A DNA stretch of 64,000 bases from Lama glama (taxonomy: Eukaryota): the NCBI GenBank assembly GCA_028534125.1, contig CM052816.1, forward strand, positions 2,916,001 through 2,980,000, read 5' to 3'. The notes beneath the pieces are model-generated. The model was not told the DNA's origin. It made no database searches and worked only from the letters and a program-made list of their open reading frames with translations. The position numbers and the translations under genes are program-made. Shown one piece after another: positions 49,806 to 62,352 of the stretch; position 1 is the first letter of the stretch; every line of letters begins with the position of its first letter.

Positions 49806-50199
49806 GATAGCAAGTGACACTCATTTCAGCATCTAGTCAGTTTCATATTTGGTTTTCCCTTCATTAGCATGATATATAATGCACATTATGGTTGAGTTAA
49901 GCAGGATTCAAATTCAAAGTAGTCAGAGGAATCATCTTTCTCTAAACTGGCACGTCTTTGGCAGGTTTGCTGTCACTTCCTATTTCCTGACCATGATAGA
50001 CATAGCTAATTAATCACGACATTCTTCCCTATACTGCAGTCACAGGCTCCCAGTTCTTCTCAGTATAGAGCTACAGATATTCAGGACAGTGGATCAGAGT
50101 CAGCAGGCAAAACAAAACCTATTTTCATCAAGAATTGTTTAATTCCTTCCACCCCTTACATTTTATAGATGAAGGAACCAAAACTCAGGGAAGTTAAAT

Positions 50200-51330
50200 A
50201 AATTCACTCATTCATTGGCAAAGTTCTCTTTTGTCCCTACTACAACTAGACATGCTAAGCTCTGACAATATTCCTTCAAACAAAATATAGGCCTGCCTTC
50301 AGGAACTTAAAGGAGAGTGGGAAGTTAGATGAGAAGAGAATAATTACAATGCAGTGTGACAAGTGCTAAGAGAGAGGTAAGGACAAGATGCTATGGGAAA
50401 ACATGGCAGTGACAGCTAACCCACTCGTAGTGAGAGTTAGGCAAATCTTGCTGGAGAAAGAGCTATCTATGCTAATCATGAAAAATGAATGGACTTTAGC
50501 CAAGCAAAGGGCGAAGCTGAAGAATAAGAACATTTTAGGCAGAGGCACCAGCCTGTGCAAAGACCAAAAGATAAAACTCAGGACGGTAATATATACAAAA
50601 TTGGAAGAAATTTAGCCTGACTGGAGCCCACAACACAGAGAGATAAAATTAAGGGTGTATCAATTAGCTATTGCTGTGTAACAAACCACCCCAAAACTCA
50701 GTGACTTAAAATAACAACTGCATTATTATTGCTCAAGAGCTGGGCAGTAGCTCTCTCTTGCATGTCCAGTCATTAGTTATCTGTAGACTGGTTTAGGACA
50801 GCTCTGGCTGTGACAGCTGGGCTCTCTTCCAAATAGTCTCTCATCCCCCGGCAGGCTAGCCTGGCCTTGTCCACATGGCAGTGGCAGGGTTCCAAAACAG
50901 AGAGCAAAAGCACTCCAAGCCTCTGATGCCTAGGCTCAGAAATGACATAGTGCCACTTCCAGGATATTCAGTAAACCAAAGCAAGTGACAAGGACAATTC
51001 AGAGGTAAGAAAACAGACTCCACCTCTTGATGAAAGAAGCTACACAATCTTTTTGCAAAGCCTGTGGATACAGGGAGGAAGAATTTAGTCTATTTTTTAG
51101 AAACCCATCCACCACAGAGGGAGAGCAGTGGCAAGAAGTCAACCTGCAAAGATAGACAGGTCCAAGAGCTAAAAAGCCTTGCTTTCCAAACTCAGTTGTT
51201 TAGAGAGGCAATGGAGAGCCATGGAAGAGTGGCATGTTCAGATATGAACTCTAGAAAAGTGTCACTTTAACCCAGAAGATAGTTGATGAAGGCCTGGGTC
51301 ATGGCAGGAGAGATAGATTGAGGAATGAAT
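50200..51330 (-). mobile_element. L2 remnant interrupted by an MLT1H-like LTR
   Basis: L2-like 50200-50655 resumes at 51117. Confidence 0.65.
50656..51116 (-). mobile_element. MLT1H-like solo LTR
   Basis: 'tgtatcaattagctattgctgtgtaacaaaccaccccaaaactcagtgacttaaaataac...accaca'; TSD aaggg/gaggg. Confidence 0.85.
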
Positions 51331-53608
51331 GGTTAGATTCAAGAGAGAACTACAGATGGTACCTGTAGTGGAGGATGAAAAAGAGGTAAGCACCTAAGGT
51401 TACACAGCTGGTGAGAAGAAGAGCTAAGATTAAAGCCAGGCCTTCTGTACCCCAATCTAATGTTATTACCACTCTTTCCCTGGGTACAGTTTTTCAGTTC
51501 AGGGATTTCTCCATCCCTCCCTCTGCAAGTTGCAGGGTTTCCTTGGCTGCTTTCTGAATCCACCACCAGGAAGCAGGGACACCAAGGCCATTCTAAGAAG
51601 TAAACCTCATTGAGATATGAAGCCCCACTTATCACAGCTAACTGTCAACGGTAGAAAGCCTACAGTGATAGAGAAATAACAATAGACTCTAAGAACCACA
51701 TAGTGTGGCTTGGAGAATCATTAACCATTGTTAAAGAAATCATAGCAGTCGCTTACCAAGGAGCAGGCATCTCAACGTTGTTTGTGTGAGAAGCAGCTCA
51801 GTTGCAGATCAACACGTACCGTTAGGAACACTCACCCTTTTGATTTTCAATTTAGGACTCATATTTGAAACCAGTTAATTTTTCTCTGCCCACACAGCAT
51901 CTCAATCCTTTTGACATGTCTCTCCCAGCCAGCAGGATGCGGGTCTCAGTTCAATTTCAACTACTCTAGCCAATGACTTCTCCAGAGCTCCTCACAAGTG
52001 AATCTCATGCATGCCAAATCAGTATTGCCCATACTTGTCTGATCTTCGCAAGCATACCCTCCAAATCTGACGAAATCTACCTAGTTGATTTTGCAGGTCA
52101 TGGTAACAGACAGAAACTATTTTTATTGATTGATAGTGGATAATTGACCACATACTGCATTTTTCTGGCAAGGGGCTCAAAACACTTGGTGATGGTTGTT
52201 TCATTTAATATCACACCTTGACAAAGTACAAGTCAGCTGTCATTATTCCCCCTTTTTTTTTTTCAGGTCCAGTGTGATAGCGGATCTGCAAAGATGGTCT
52301 CAGTAACTCTGCCCATCCCTTATACTGCATGCCCTTTTACAGCAATTCCCACCAAGAAGTGGAGTCTGTCCCCCCACCTCTTAAATCTGGTCTGGCTTCA
52401 TCACTTGCTTGAACCTAGAGAATATGGCGTAAGTGACACTGGGCAACTCAACTGGCCTTGCAGCTTCTGGTGCGGCTCTCCTGGAGCTGATGCCACATTA
52501 ATTAATGACAGCCTCCCAGATAGCGTGCCAGACTAGCCAGCTGGAGGATTAAACAAGAGTATGTGTACTTAGTCCCCAGCACATAGTGGGTGTTACAGTA
52601 GATATGAGTTTCTTGCCTTACTTCTGTAGTAATCACTTTCCATTAGGTAATGCTTGGATTAAATGAGTGATTTTTGCACATTTCTTCTTAAGAATAGGAG
52701 AATGGTTTTTCCCTCTTCCTTGCTCAGAAATGTACTAAGAACCTGGTGTGATGATGGCCAGTTGAAGCGTGTCAAATATGATTACCGTCTGAAGGACAGC
52801 AGCAGGGTTCTTCAAAAACCCTCAGCCCCTTACTGAGAGAAAGGGTTCACTTTGTACTATGTTCTCAAGCAATGAGCACAGAGAGAACTTTGAGTTCTGA
52901 ATACTAAGTATAGTTCAAAAATCCAACTCACTGGAAAGCAGGAAGGAAAATCACAGGTTTTACAACAAAGTCATTCTTCAGGTTCTCAGAATCACTTGAA
53001 AAGACCAATTTCACTGTTTGCCTGCCAAACCTGAGTATTTTCGTCCTGTGGCTGCTCACCACGTGGGTAACCATGGGTCACCAAGGTCTCAGAAGCAGGA
53101 AAAACCAGTCAGACTGGTGGAGGGCAGGACAGCGGGTGGCAACGTGCTCCTTCCTTGGAGTCCTTTGAGGTTAACAAGGAGAAAGGGTTGTGGGAGCTGG
53201 GTGGGGGCAGTGGGTGAGGGCAGTGTGACATTCTCTTGCCAAGACTGTGTGTGTGACAGCAGCATAACAGTCCAAAATCTGGATAGTCATTCACAGAAAA
53301 AGATGCAGTGCCTGCTAAAACATCCTGACAATCATCAGGAAGTACAATCAACCATGGTCTGCAGTATCTCAAAAGCACCCATCCAAGACTCTGATGCATG
53401 ATCTTCTATTCATGGAGACCGCTTGTATACGGGGTACTGTGGGGACTAGGGACTGAGAGCAGAGTAGGAAGGAAGTGAAGAAGTCCGTAACCCACACAGG
53501 CAGGTGGTTTCGCTGGGGCGGTAGGTTGGGGAAGGCTGTTCCTATGCCAGTTTTCTCTGGCATATGAGTTGATGCTTGCCAATACTTGCAATGAACTGAA
53601 GTCGGTAT

Positions 53609-54082
53609 TGTGATCTAAAAATACTGCAAGCCATATCAGTAAACAAAGAATGCTGAAGCCATCAAGTCATCAGTGGCTGCCGCTGCCCGCCCCCCAAGTG
53701 AAGACAAGCCTGCAGCCCAGCCTCTGCAGCCACTCACAATGGTGCACTCTGAGGGGACCCAGAATAAGAAAGGACAGGACACTGGCCCTAGATAGCTAGA
53801 TGCTTGTCAAAGGAATGAATTCAATGAGCCCAAATGTTTGCTTCCTCCCATACAAAGAAAAGCACTAAATTCTTTAACTTGAGGTGCTTGGTTTTCTTTA
53901 GTTAACAAGTAAACTTTTATTGTTCCAACTACTTGGTCTTTGTTGTAAAACTCCTATATATCCTGGCTCCTCCCCTACCTCTTGGGAGCAGTCCCTCAGA
54001 GCCATCTGAGAGGCTGTCATCCCGGCTCGCCAAATAAAACATAACTCTTAACTTTTAGGCTGCACGTTCACTTCAGTCGACA
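53609..54082 (+). mobile_element. ERV1-type solo LTR
   Basis: TG...CA ends, 4-bp TSD gtat/gttt, TATA-like 'ctatatat' near 53955, AATAAA at 54033-54038. Confidence 0.85.
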
Positions 54083-54879
54083 GTTTGTATCAGAACATGG
54101 GTGCAGTGCATTCTGGGGAAAAATGGAGGAAAGAGCTATGGTTGTCAGTCCCTGCCGGTCTCTATCATCACCACTGTGCCGTCTAATATGTGTGCCATAG
54201 TTGAGAGCTGCTCCCTCCATTTGTTGGTGCTGGCTGCTCTGTGATCACCCCTTCAGCCCTCCTCTCCCTAAGTCCCCAGGCCACAGGGGCTGAGACACTG
54301 CTCTTCCCAAGACCACAGCATTCACACAACCACCTGCGGGCCAAGAGCCTGTGATCCCTGAGGGCTTTGTACAAGAGGCAGCCCAGATTTCAGACATGCT
54401 ACACAGAAGTGCACAATCCCTATTCCGCCCCCATCTCCAGGACGGAACTTCAGCACAGCCCTCTCACCTGGAAAATAAAGAAGGTTGTTGATGCACCTGT
54501 GGAGCTAGGAAGCCGAAACTCAAGGCTGCCTGCCATTCCTCAGATGTAAATGAAACATCTACCTCCTCATTCTTTGGCTCTGAGTCTACCACTATGAATA
54601 AAGCAAAACATGACAGCCTGCCTGATGCTGAACCCTGGCCATTCTCTGTCTTCCCACTTTTGGTAAATAACAGTAAACCTTTCTTGATAGGCACAGAAAT
54701 GCAAGGTCACTTTTACACAATTTGTCCATGCTTTCTTTGTCCAAGTTACTGTGGTCTCTCAGACAGTCAGTTTCCTGGGAGTCATCACCAAATGTTTACT
54801 TTTCAATATAATTACAATATGATGCACAGCTAGGCGGTTATTTAGGGTGACCCTTTCTAATAATAATTATCACGCCATC

Positions 54880-55135
54880 ATCATCGTATATTACCATTTT
54901 CTGGGAGATTGTTTTGTGATAAGCACTACGTCAAGAGTTATACATGCATTACTTCATTTTATCCTCAGAATAACCCACAGGAGTAGATATTATTATTCAC
55001 ATTTTCCAGCCATGAAAATCAAAGCTCAGGAAGATTAAATGGTCCATGATCAGCAGCTAAAGAACTGAGGTCAAGAATACACTGTCTGAATTGAAAGCAC
55101 AAGCTTTGAACCTCTGTAATATATAGTCTTTCTAC
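54880..55135 (-). mobile_element. MIR SINE
   Basis: 'tattattcacattttccagccatgaaaatcaaagctcagg'. Confidence 0.65.
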
Positions 55136-56220
55136 CACATACAGGATATGTTCACACGTGGCTTACTAAGCCCCTGCGCACCTCTCCAGACTTACGTACA
55201 GCCTTGTATCATGTTTTGGGTCCATCAAAGAACACACAACTCCCTGAACAAACCTGCTGTTTTACACCTCAGAGCCTTAGTTCCTGTGGGTCCCTCTGCT
55301 AGGATCACCTGCTGCCACCACTTTTGCTCATTCATCTCATGCAAATCAGCTGAGACATAGGGTCCCCAGGAAACTTTCCCCAGTCTTTCCCTAAGCTGGG
55401 TTTGTGTTTTCACTCTATCGTCGACCAGTACTCAAAGTATTCTTCTATCATTGTCCTTACCACATTGTATTGTAGTATTGTAGTTCCTGTGTATCTGTCC
55501 TGCTAGACTTTGAGCTCCTTCAAAACAGGAGCTATACAATATGTATTTTGTGTAATATATATAAAAATATATACATATATACACGTCTATTATATGCATT
55601 AAATTTATACTTTAATATATGTTTATTTTTATATATTTTTTTTTGATCACCAACACTTAGTGCATTCCCTATTGTGTGTGTGGAATGGGAAGCAAGAAAC
55701 TGAACTCAAGTCCCTCTTAGCTACTTTCCAGTTCAGGCCTTCGTGACCTCCCTGTGCTTTGGTTGGCTCATCCATGGGACATGGTGAATTGTACCTTATC
55801 TATCACGATTGGCTGGTGTAAGGATCAACTAAGAGAATATTTGTGAATGCTGAAAATATTATATAATTAAGTGATTTTGTTTTGTTTTTGCTTTTCACAG
55901 AGCCTGGGGCAGAGTAAATTTCCATTAAAGTGAATTAGTGATTAAACTCTTCATTTGCTGGTTGAGATATCATAGTAACTTGCTTAAGTAAGTTACTCAA
56001 GGTTCCCCCTAAACTGTAAGCTCATTGAGACCAAGAGATTTTCATTTCCAGCACCTAACACAGTGCCTGGCCTATGGTACGTGCTCCATGAGTGTGTGGA
56101 AGGAAGAAAGGGATGGAGGAAAGGAGGGAGACCATATAGCTACGGGTGAATGAAAGCCCCAGGTGCTGAATCCCTGGTCATAGGTCTTTCCACTTGACCA
56201 TGGCATTAGGTACTCTAGGT

Positions 56221-56389
56221 CAGTGGTTCTCAAAGTGTGGTCCTGGGAACCAGCAGTGTCAGCATCAGTTGGAAACTTGTTAGAAATGCAAATCTTCAGG
56301 CTTCATCCCAGACCTGGTGGGTCCCAGCAATCTGAGTTTTAACAAGACCTCTAGGTGATTCTGATGCGTGCCAAAGTTTGACACCACTG
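56221..56389. mobile_element. MER5A hAT MITE
   Basis: TIRs 'cagtggttctcaaagt' and 'agtttgacaccactg'; 'ttgttagaaatgcaaat'. Confidence 0.9.
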
Positions 56390-56689
56390 CTGGAGGAGAA
56401 ACTCTTCATCGTCTGCTTATATTCGAGACCAAATGGACAGAAAAAGGTAAATTTATTAATGGCTTGTAAGTAATTTATTTGAGAAACCTAATGCATAATA
56501 TTTTCCTTGTCATTTCCTACTAACTCGACACATATTTATGATACAAGGAGGAAACATTGCTCAAAACATTGCATCAATAATGTAATATGTTTTTGGTTAA
56601 AAATAACGTTTACTGAATTGCTTTCTAAGTATAGAAAACTACATGATTATTGCTAATAATATGGGTAATGTTGAAAGTTGTAATGACAC

Positions 56690-56935
56690 TTCTGTAGTGT
56701 TTTACTATATACCAGGCACTATTCTAAGAACTTTTCCTATCTTAAATAACTTATTACTCAAAACAATCCCATGAGGCAGGCACAGTTTTTATCATCCTCA
56801 TCTTACAGAGAGAAAACTGGGACATGTAGAGGTTATGTAACTTGCCAAACAAAGGTCACATTGCTGGTAGAGCCAAGATTTGTATCCATGCAGTCTAGCT
56901 ACAAAATCCATGAGATTAATCACTATATTATACTA
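56690..56935 (-). mobile_element. MIR SINE
   Basis: 'ccaggcactattctaag...atcctcatcttacagagagaaaactgg...gaggttatgtaacttgcc'. Confidence 0.8.
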
Positions 56936-58894
56936 TGAATCAACCATAATTTAGAGATAACCACTAACAATATGTATGAGGAATTTAGAATTCTCCTTCA
57001 GGTAGGTAAAATACATAAATAAATATACACACATATCTCTGCATTTACCTATGTGCATATAATATATTGGTAAATATATTTATTTACCTGTAATTTATTT
57101 ATTTACATGTGAATAATTGTAACAGTTGTTACCTTTTTAACATGCTTCATATTTTTTGCAAATACATTTATTTACAATTTAAAAAAATAAAATTGGGTCT
57201 TATGCTGCTATAAACTATTTTATTTAATAATACATTGTAAACAGATTCCAGCATTCTACAATTCTAAAATAATTGTAATGGCTGTACTGAATTATCTCCT
57301 AATTTATTTAATCAATTCTCGAGTACTGAACAATCAGAGCTTATCCAATGTTTTGCATGACAACATGGTAAATGAACATCTCTGAAATTAAAACTGCAAT
57401 GATCACTTCAGTTTTGATTCTCTGAATCCCTCTAACATGGGCCCACGTAAATAAAGAAAAGCAACTCTCTCCAAACAGTACATGCAGTCCATAAACTTTC
57501 TCACTTCAATAGTTTATGACAGCAAAATCTAATTACGCCCTACTGCCCAGCAGCAAGACTATCTAATAATTATACAGGTTATTTAAAAATACTCTGAGTG
57601 ACAATTTCATTAGCTTCGTATTACGGAAACCACAGGCACTGTATCTTCAGAGATTCACAGATGCAGTAAAGGAAGAACTGAACAGTAATAAAAGGTCAAA
57701 ATATTTATGAAGGAAAATAAAAGTTCTCCTTGCATATGGATTCATCCCGAAGGCTAGACAGTGTGTAGAACACAGCAAACGTTTTATGAATGAATGAATA
57801 TCAAGACCCAGTCAATAGATGAAAATATGAGAGAAACTAGAGAAAGGGAGAAAATAGGCCATTTTTTCAGACTTCTCTGAAAAAGGCTATTCATTCCATT
57901 GTGGCAAATAATTTGAATATGTTCATACACCAACACTAGAGAGAAATATAAATAGTAAAGCAATTTATTTACACACAACCACATTCCCAGTACAGACCTC
58001 TAGGGCCTTGGCACGTCTGGGTTTGACCTGCTGTCTCCCAAATCCAAATTTCCAAGGAGCTTGAGGGAAACCAAAGTACTCAAGCCAAACTGGAGGGGCC
58101 CAGCAAGTCTGCTTGCAAGCTAAAAATAACAGGCTCTCTGTGTCCACATGTATTGCAGTGGGAAGGGGAGGTGTGACTCTACCAATCCAGACTTAACTAG
58201 AGGAGGATGAGCGCTGGGAAAGCCATGTGAGGAGGAGGCAGGGTAGTAACCCCAAGTGTCTGAGGAAACGCCCTCTTCCTCTGTGTGTCATGTGTGTGGG
58301 AAATCTGAATAATTAAACACTCAACAGTTCCCAAAGTTAAAATGACACTGTAGTACAGGAGCTGAGCCTTCTATTTGGAGTAGATGTTATACCTGAAATT
58401 GGAGAAGAAGAAATAATTACTGGAATAGATGTATGCTGCCAGGAGTGAGCAGGACATTTCAGTGTCAGGACCCATGGAGGCCTCTGCCCATAATAATCTC
58501 ATTCACTTTCTTGCCAAAGGAAAATGTTGTACTGCAGAGAGACAGGTTCTTCTGGTATAACTGATCCCTCTGGATCATCTAACCAAATTTTAAAGGCAGG
58601 CTGTTGACTTAAATGCTTTCATATCTTAAGATGTAGAAGTTGGAAGGACTTTTGTGTTCAACAAATCTCAATCTTGCATTTCTCAGGTGAGAAAATGAAG
58701 CCTAAAGAGACGACATGATAGTTCCAGAATCACAGAGGAAATAAGTGTCAGAGCCAGGAGGAGGGCCACAATTTTGATTCCTACTTCTACACCAAAAGGC
58801 CACTGCCCCATGCTTGTAACTTCAGTGTAATGATATTACCTCCTTCAGACCATCAGCCAAAGCATTTCATTTTACCCAAATACTGCTTAATTCC

Positions 58895-59255
58895 TTTACA
58901 TTCTTTTATTCAACACCTATTTACTGAGCACTTTCTACATGCCAGTGTTCTAAATGCAGGTAAGAAAGTAATTAGCAAGATATGGCCTTGTCTTCATAGA
59001 CCGGGGTGGGGGGGGACAGGCAAGGAGTAAGTAAAGAAGATAAGTTTAAGTCACGATAAATGCCATGAAGACAATATAACAAAGTGGCAAAGGTTGTCTG
59101 GGATTGAAAGAGGCTACTTTATAGAGATTAGTCAGAGAATGCTTATCTGATGTTTGAGCTAAAACCTGAAATACGAGTAGGAGTTGGTCAACCAAAGAGT
59201 GAGGTGAAAAGCCATTTCAAGCCAGGAAGAAAATAAGTGCAAAATCCCTGAGGCA
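58895..59255 (-). mobile_element. L2 3' portion
   Basis: 'ttattcaacacctatttactgagcactttctacatgccag', 'aagtgcaaaatccctgaggcag'. Confidence 0.75.
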
Positions 59256-61823
59256 GAAGCTCCAGTTCCAGGCAATATGACGTAAGCACATTCCATCCAG
59301 TCTCTCCCAACAGATCCAACTAGAAAGCACAGAGTTTTCTTAACTTAAATAATAGAAGGCAAATTGGAGAAGACCAGAATTTGAAGTACCACCAAGACAT
59401 CTGTGAATTTCTCTTTTTTCCCCCCCTGGTATCTCCAACCTGGTTTCTAGACATCACAATATCCAGACTTGGGCAGTAGGGCACAGAAAGAGAAGTCCAG
59501 GAGAAACCTCTAGCTCTGGTCTCAAGAGAGGGAAGATGACAACCTAATGCTGAGGGAGGATGGAAAATTTCTTCGGAGGTTGTTCTTTTCTCTGTTCTCT
59601 CATGCAACAGTCCCTCGGCAATCCCACTGAGGCAATGGTCGGAACTTCAGCAATGAGAACAGCATCCAGGGCCTGCAGACGCCTACATTCTGAGGAAGAG
59701 AGCCTTTCTCTCTTATCAGAGGGGCTGTGGTCCTAAGAAGGTGGGGAGAACACCAGTTGCTTTTTGCTCTCTCATTGTCCTCCCACAGCAGACACAGTTA
59801 CAGGAAGTCCCAGGCTGAGTGTTGGACCCTCAGGCCTGAAGACAGAATGGGGAGCACCAGGGACCTGGAAAGCACAGGGAGATCATGGAAAGGGAGGGGC
59901 CAGAAAGAATTCTTCTTTTAAAAAAAAAAAAAAAAGCAAATGACTCTCAAACATATGAAAAGATGTTCCATCTTGCTCATAGAGAGAGAAGTGTAAATTA
60001 AAACCATGCTGAGATACCACTTCTCACCTCTCAGGTGGCAAGAAATCCAAAAGATTGACAACATATTCTATGATATTACTTTGTGGAAATAGATCCTTTC
60101 ATTCCTTTACGGTGGGAAGGCAAAATGGTACAACCTCTACAGAGGTTAATTGGCAATATCTACAAAATTTTTCTCTTCATTTTGTCTTTGGCACAGAAAT
60201 TCCACTTCTAAGTATTGATCCCCAAAATACACTTACAGAAATAAGAAAAGTGCGTGTATACCGTGCCAAGTACAAACTACATTATTCAGAATAGCAAAAG
60301 ACTGGATACGAAAATGTTCATCAGTAGGAAGCTGGCTGTATAAATATTAACACATGCTCACAACAGAGTTCTCTAAGCTGTAAAAATGCTACAGACTGAT
60401 TTCCAAGGTATAACAGTGAGTGAGAAACAAGACAGAGAAAAGTTATTTCAGTAAGTTCCTATTTTAATACATATACATGATAAATATGGATATATACATG
60501 CAAATATATAAAAAATAGGAAAATATATATAGTTCAAAATACATACAGATATTTTAAAACAGAATACATTTAAAACAGAATATTACCTATTGGGGCAAGG
60601 GGGTACAGGTAGAGGGAATAAGACGAGAAACTAGACTCTGAATGGAATTTGTTTTATGGATTTGACGTTTAATCAACTAAATGTTTAGATGATTAACTAA
60701 CAAAAATAAAAATAAAAGCACTTCCTAAGAAACAGAAACAAAATAAAAACTAACAGTATATTGAAAGGAACTATTTCACATGATTTTAAAATATAGTAAT
60801 TTCACTGTATATCCCTGATGGAAAAGAAGAACTGCAAAACTATCTTAAACTATTTTCAGTGGTCATATTATTAGTAATAATAACATTATTAGTACTCTAA
60901 AACAATTATACTCATGGTAGGATAAAGCAAATAAGTAACTGTTTACGTTATTAGGACCAAGATTTTCAGAATAGGAGAAAAGAAATGCATATACTATAAA
61001 AATCACAGAACTTAGGTTCTTTGTAATAACAATAAATTATTAATAATAATAATGAATTAATGTAATAATAAATTTTGAATTGTTATAACTCAGAATGTCT
61101 TTTCTTTTAAAATTAAAAAAAAAGTGTTTCCAAGGTCTCTCCACTAAAAACTCATTAAAACAATAATAAATCCATAAAATAAAATAAAATAAAATAAAAA
61201 ACAATAGTAAATCCAATAGAAATGAGCACTGCTAATCTTCAGACTGTGGCCTCTAAATACCATTTCCTTGGAGAAATGGCTGACTTGAGGCTGGAGCTAG
61301 AAATGTGAAAGACAAGCCTAGATACCTTGTCATAATAAAAAGCAAGGAAGCAATTTAAGAAGGCTGGTGTAGCATCAAAAAGACTCATAAGGAGCCGCAG
61401 TGAAAAAGCTCCCCTTGGCCAAAGTTGGAATAATTTGATCATTAAAAAGAATAACAACTGTCACTGATTCAAACAAGTCAAATGTATTAAACTCCATGAG
61501 TTCATGTCAAAAAAAAAAACACTGCTCAGATTTGAAAGATGCTAGGGAACGAACTTATTATTCTAAATACCGGTGAATAGTGAGAGGATCAAACATTTAT
61601 CCTTGCTCTCAGGGTTTCCCAACAACTGGTGAAGGAAATACTTCTCTTTAGAAAAAAAATTCCAGCTGAATGAAGCAGTAATGATAGGACTAGAGCATGA
61701 CCTTTTTGCAAGCCCCAAATGGAATAACGGATCTAGGCAATGATCATCAGTGGCAACTTACAGTACCATAGAAAAAGACAGCTCCTCATTACGTGTCTCC
61801 TGATGGGAATTTCCAACAACACC

Positions 61824-62352
61824 CGTGCTAGTTTTCTAGGAATGCCCAAACACCATGTGGATATTAGACTGGGTGGATAAAACAACAGAAAATCATGTTC
61901 TCGCAGTTCTAGAGGTGAGAAGGGTGCAATAAAGGTGTCAGCAGAGCTGATTTCTTTTTTTTTTTTTTTCTATTTTTTTTTAATGGGGGGAAGTAATTAG
62001 ATTTATTTATTTATTTACTTGATGGAGGTACTGGGGATTGAACCCAGGACCTTGTGCGTGCACTCTACCACTGAGCTATATCCTTCCCCTAGCAGGGCTG
62101 ATTTCTTCTAAGGCCTCTTACCTTGGCTTGTAGACAGCCTTCTTCTTAGGTCTTCACGTGGTCTTCCCTCTGTAACTGTGTCCAAATTTCCTTCTCTTAT
62201 GAAGACACCAGCCACACTGGATTAGGGCTCACCCATTTTAAGTAAATTACCTCTTTAAAGTTCCTATCTCCAAATACAGTTCCCATTCTTAGGTATGGGG
62301 GATTATGACGTCAACATATGAATTTTGGGGAGACTCAATTCAGCCCACAACA
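61824..62352 (-). mobile_element. MLT1B-like solo LTR
   Basis: 'aaacaacagaaa...cttggcttgtagacagcc...caattcagcccacaaca'. Confidence 0.85.
61957..62089 (-). mobile_element. Vic-1-like SINE with TSD, anticodon loop deleted
   Basis: TSD agcagagctgatttctt (61940-61956) / agcagggctgatttctt (62091-62107). Confidence 0.92.
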
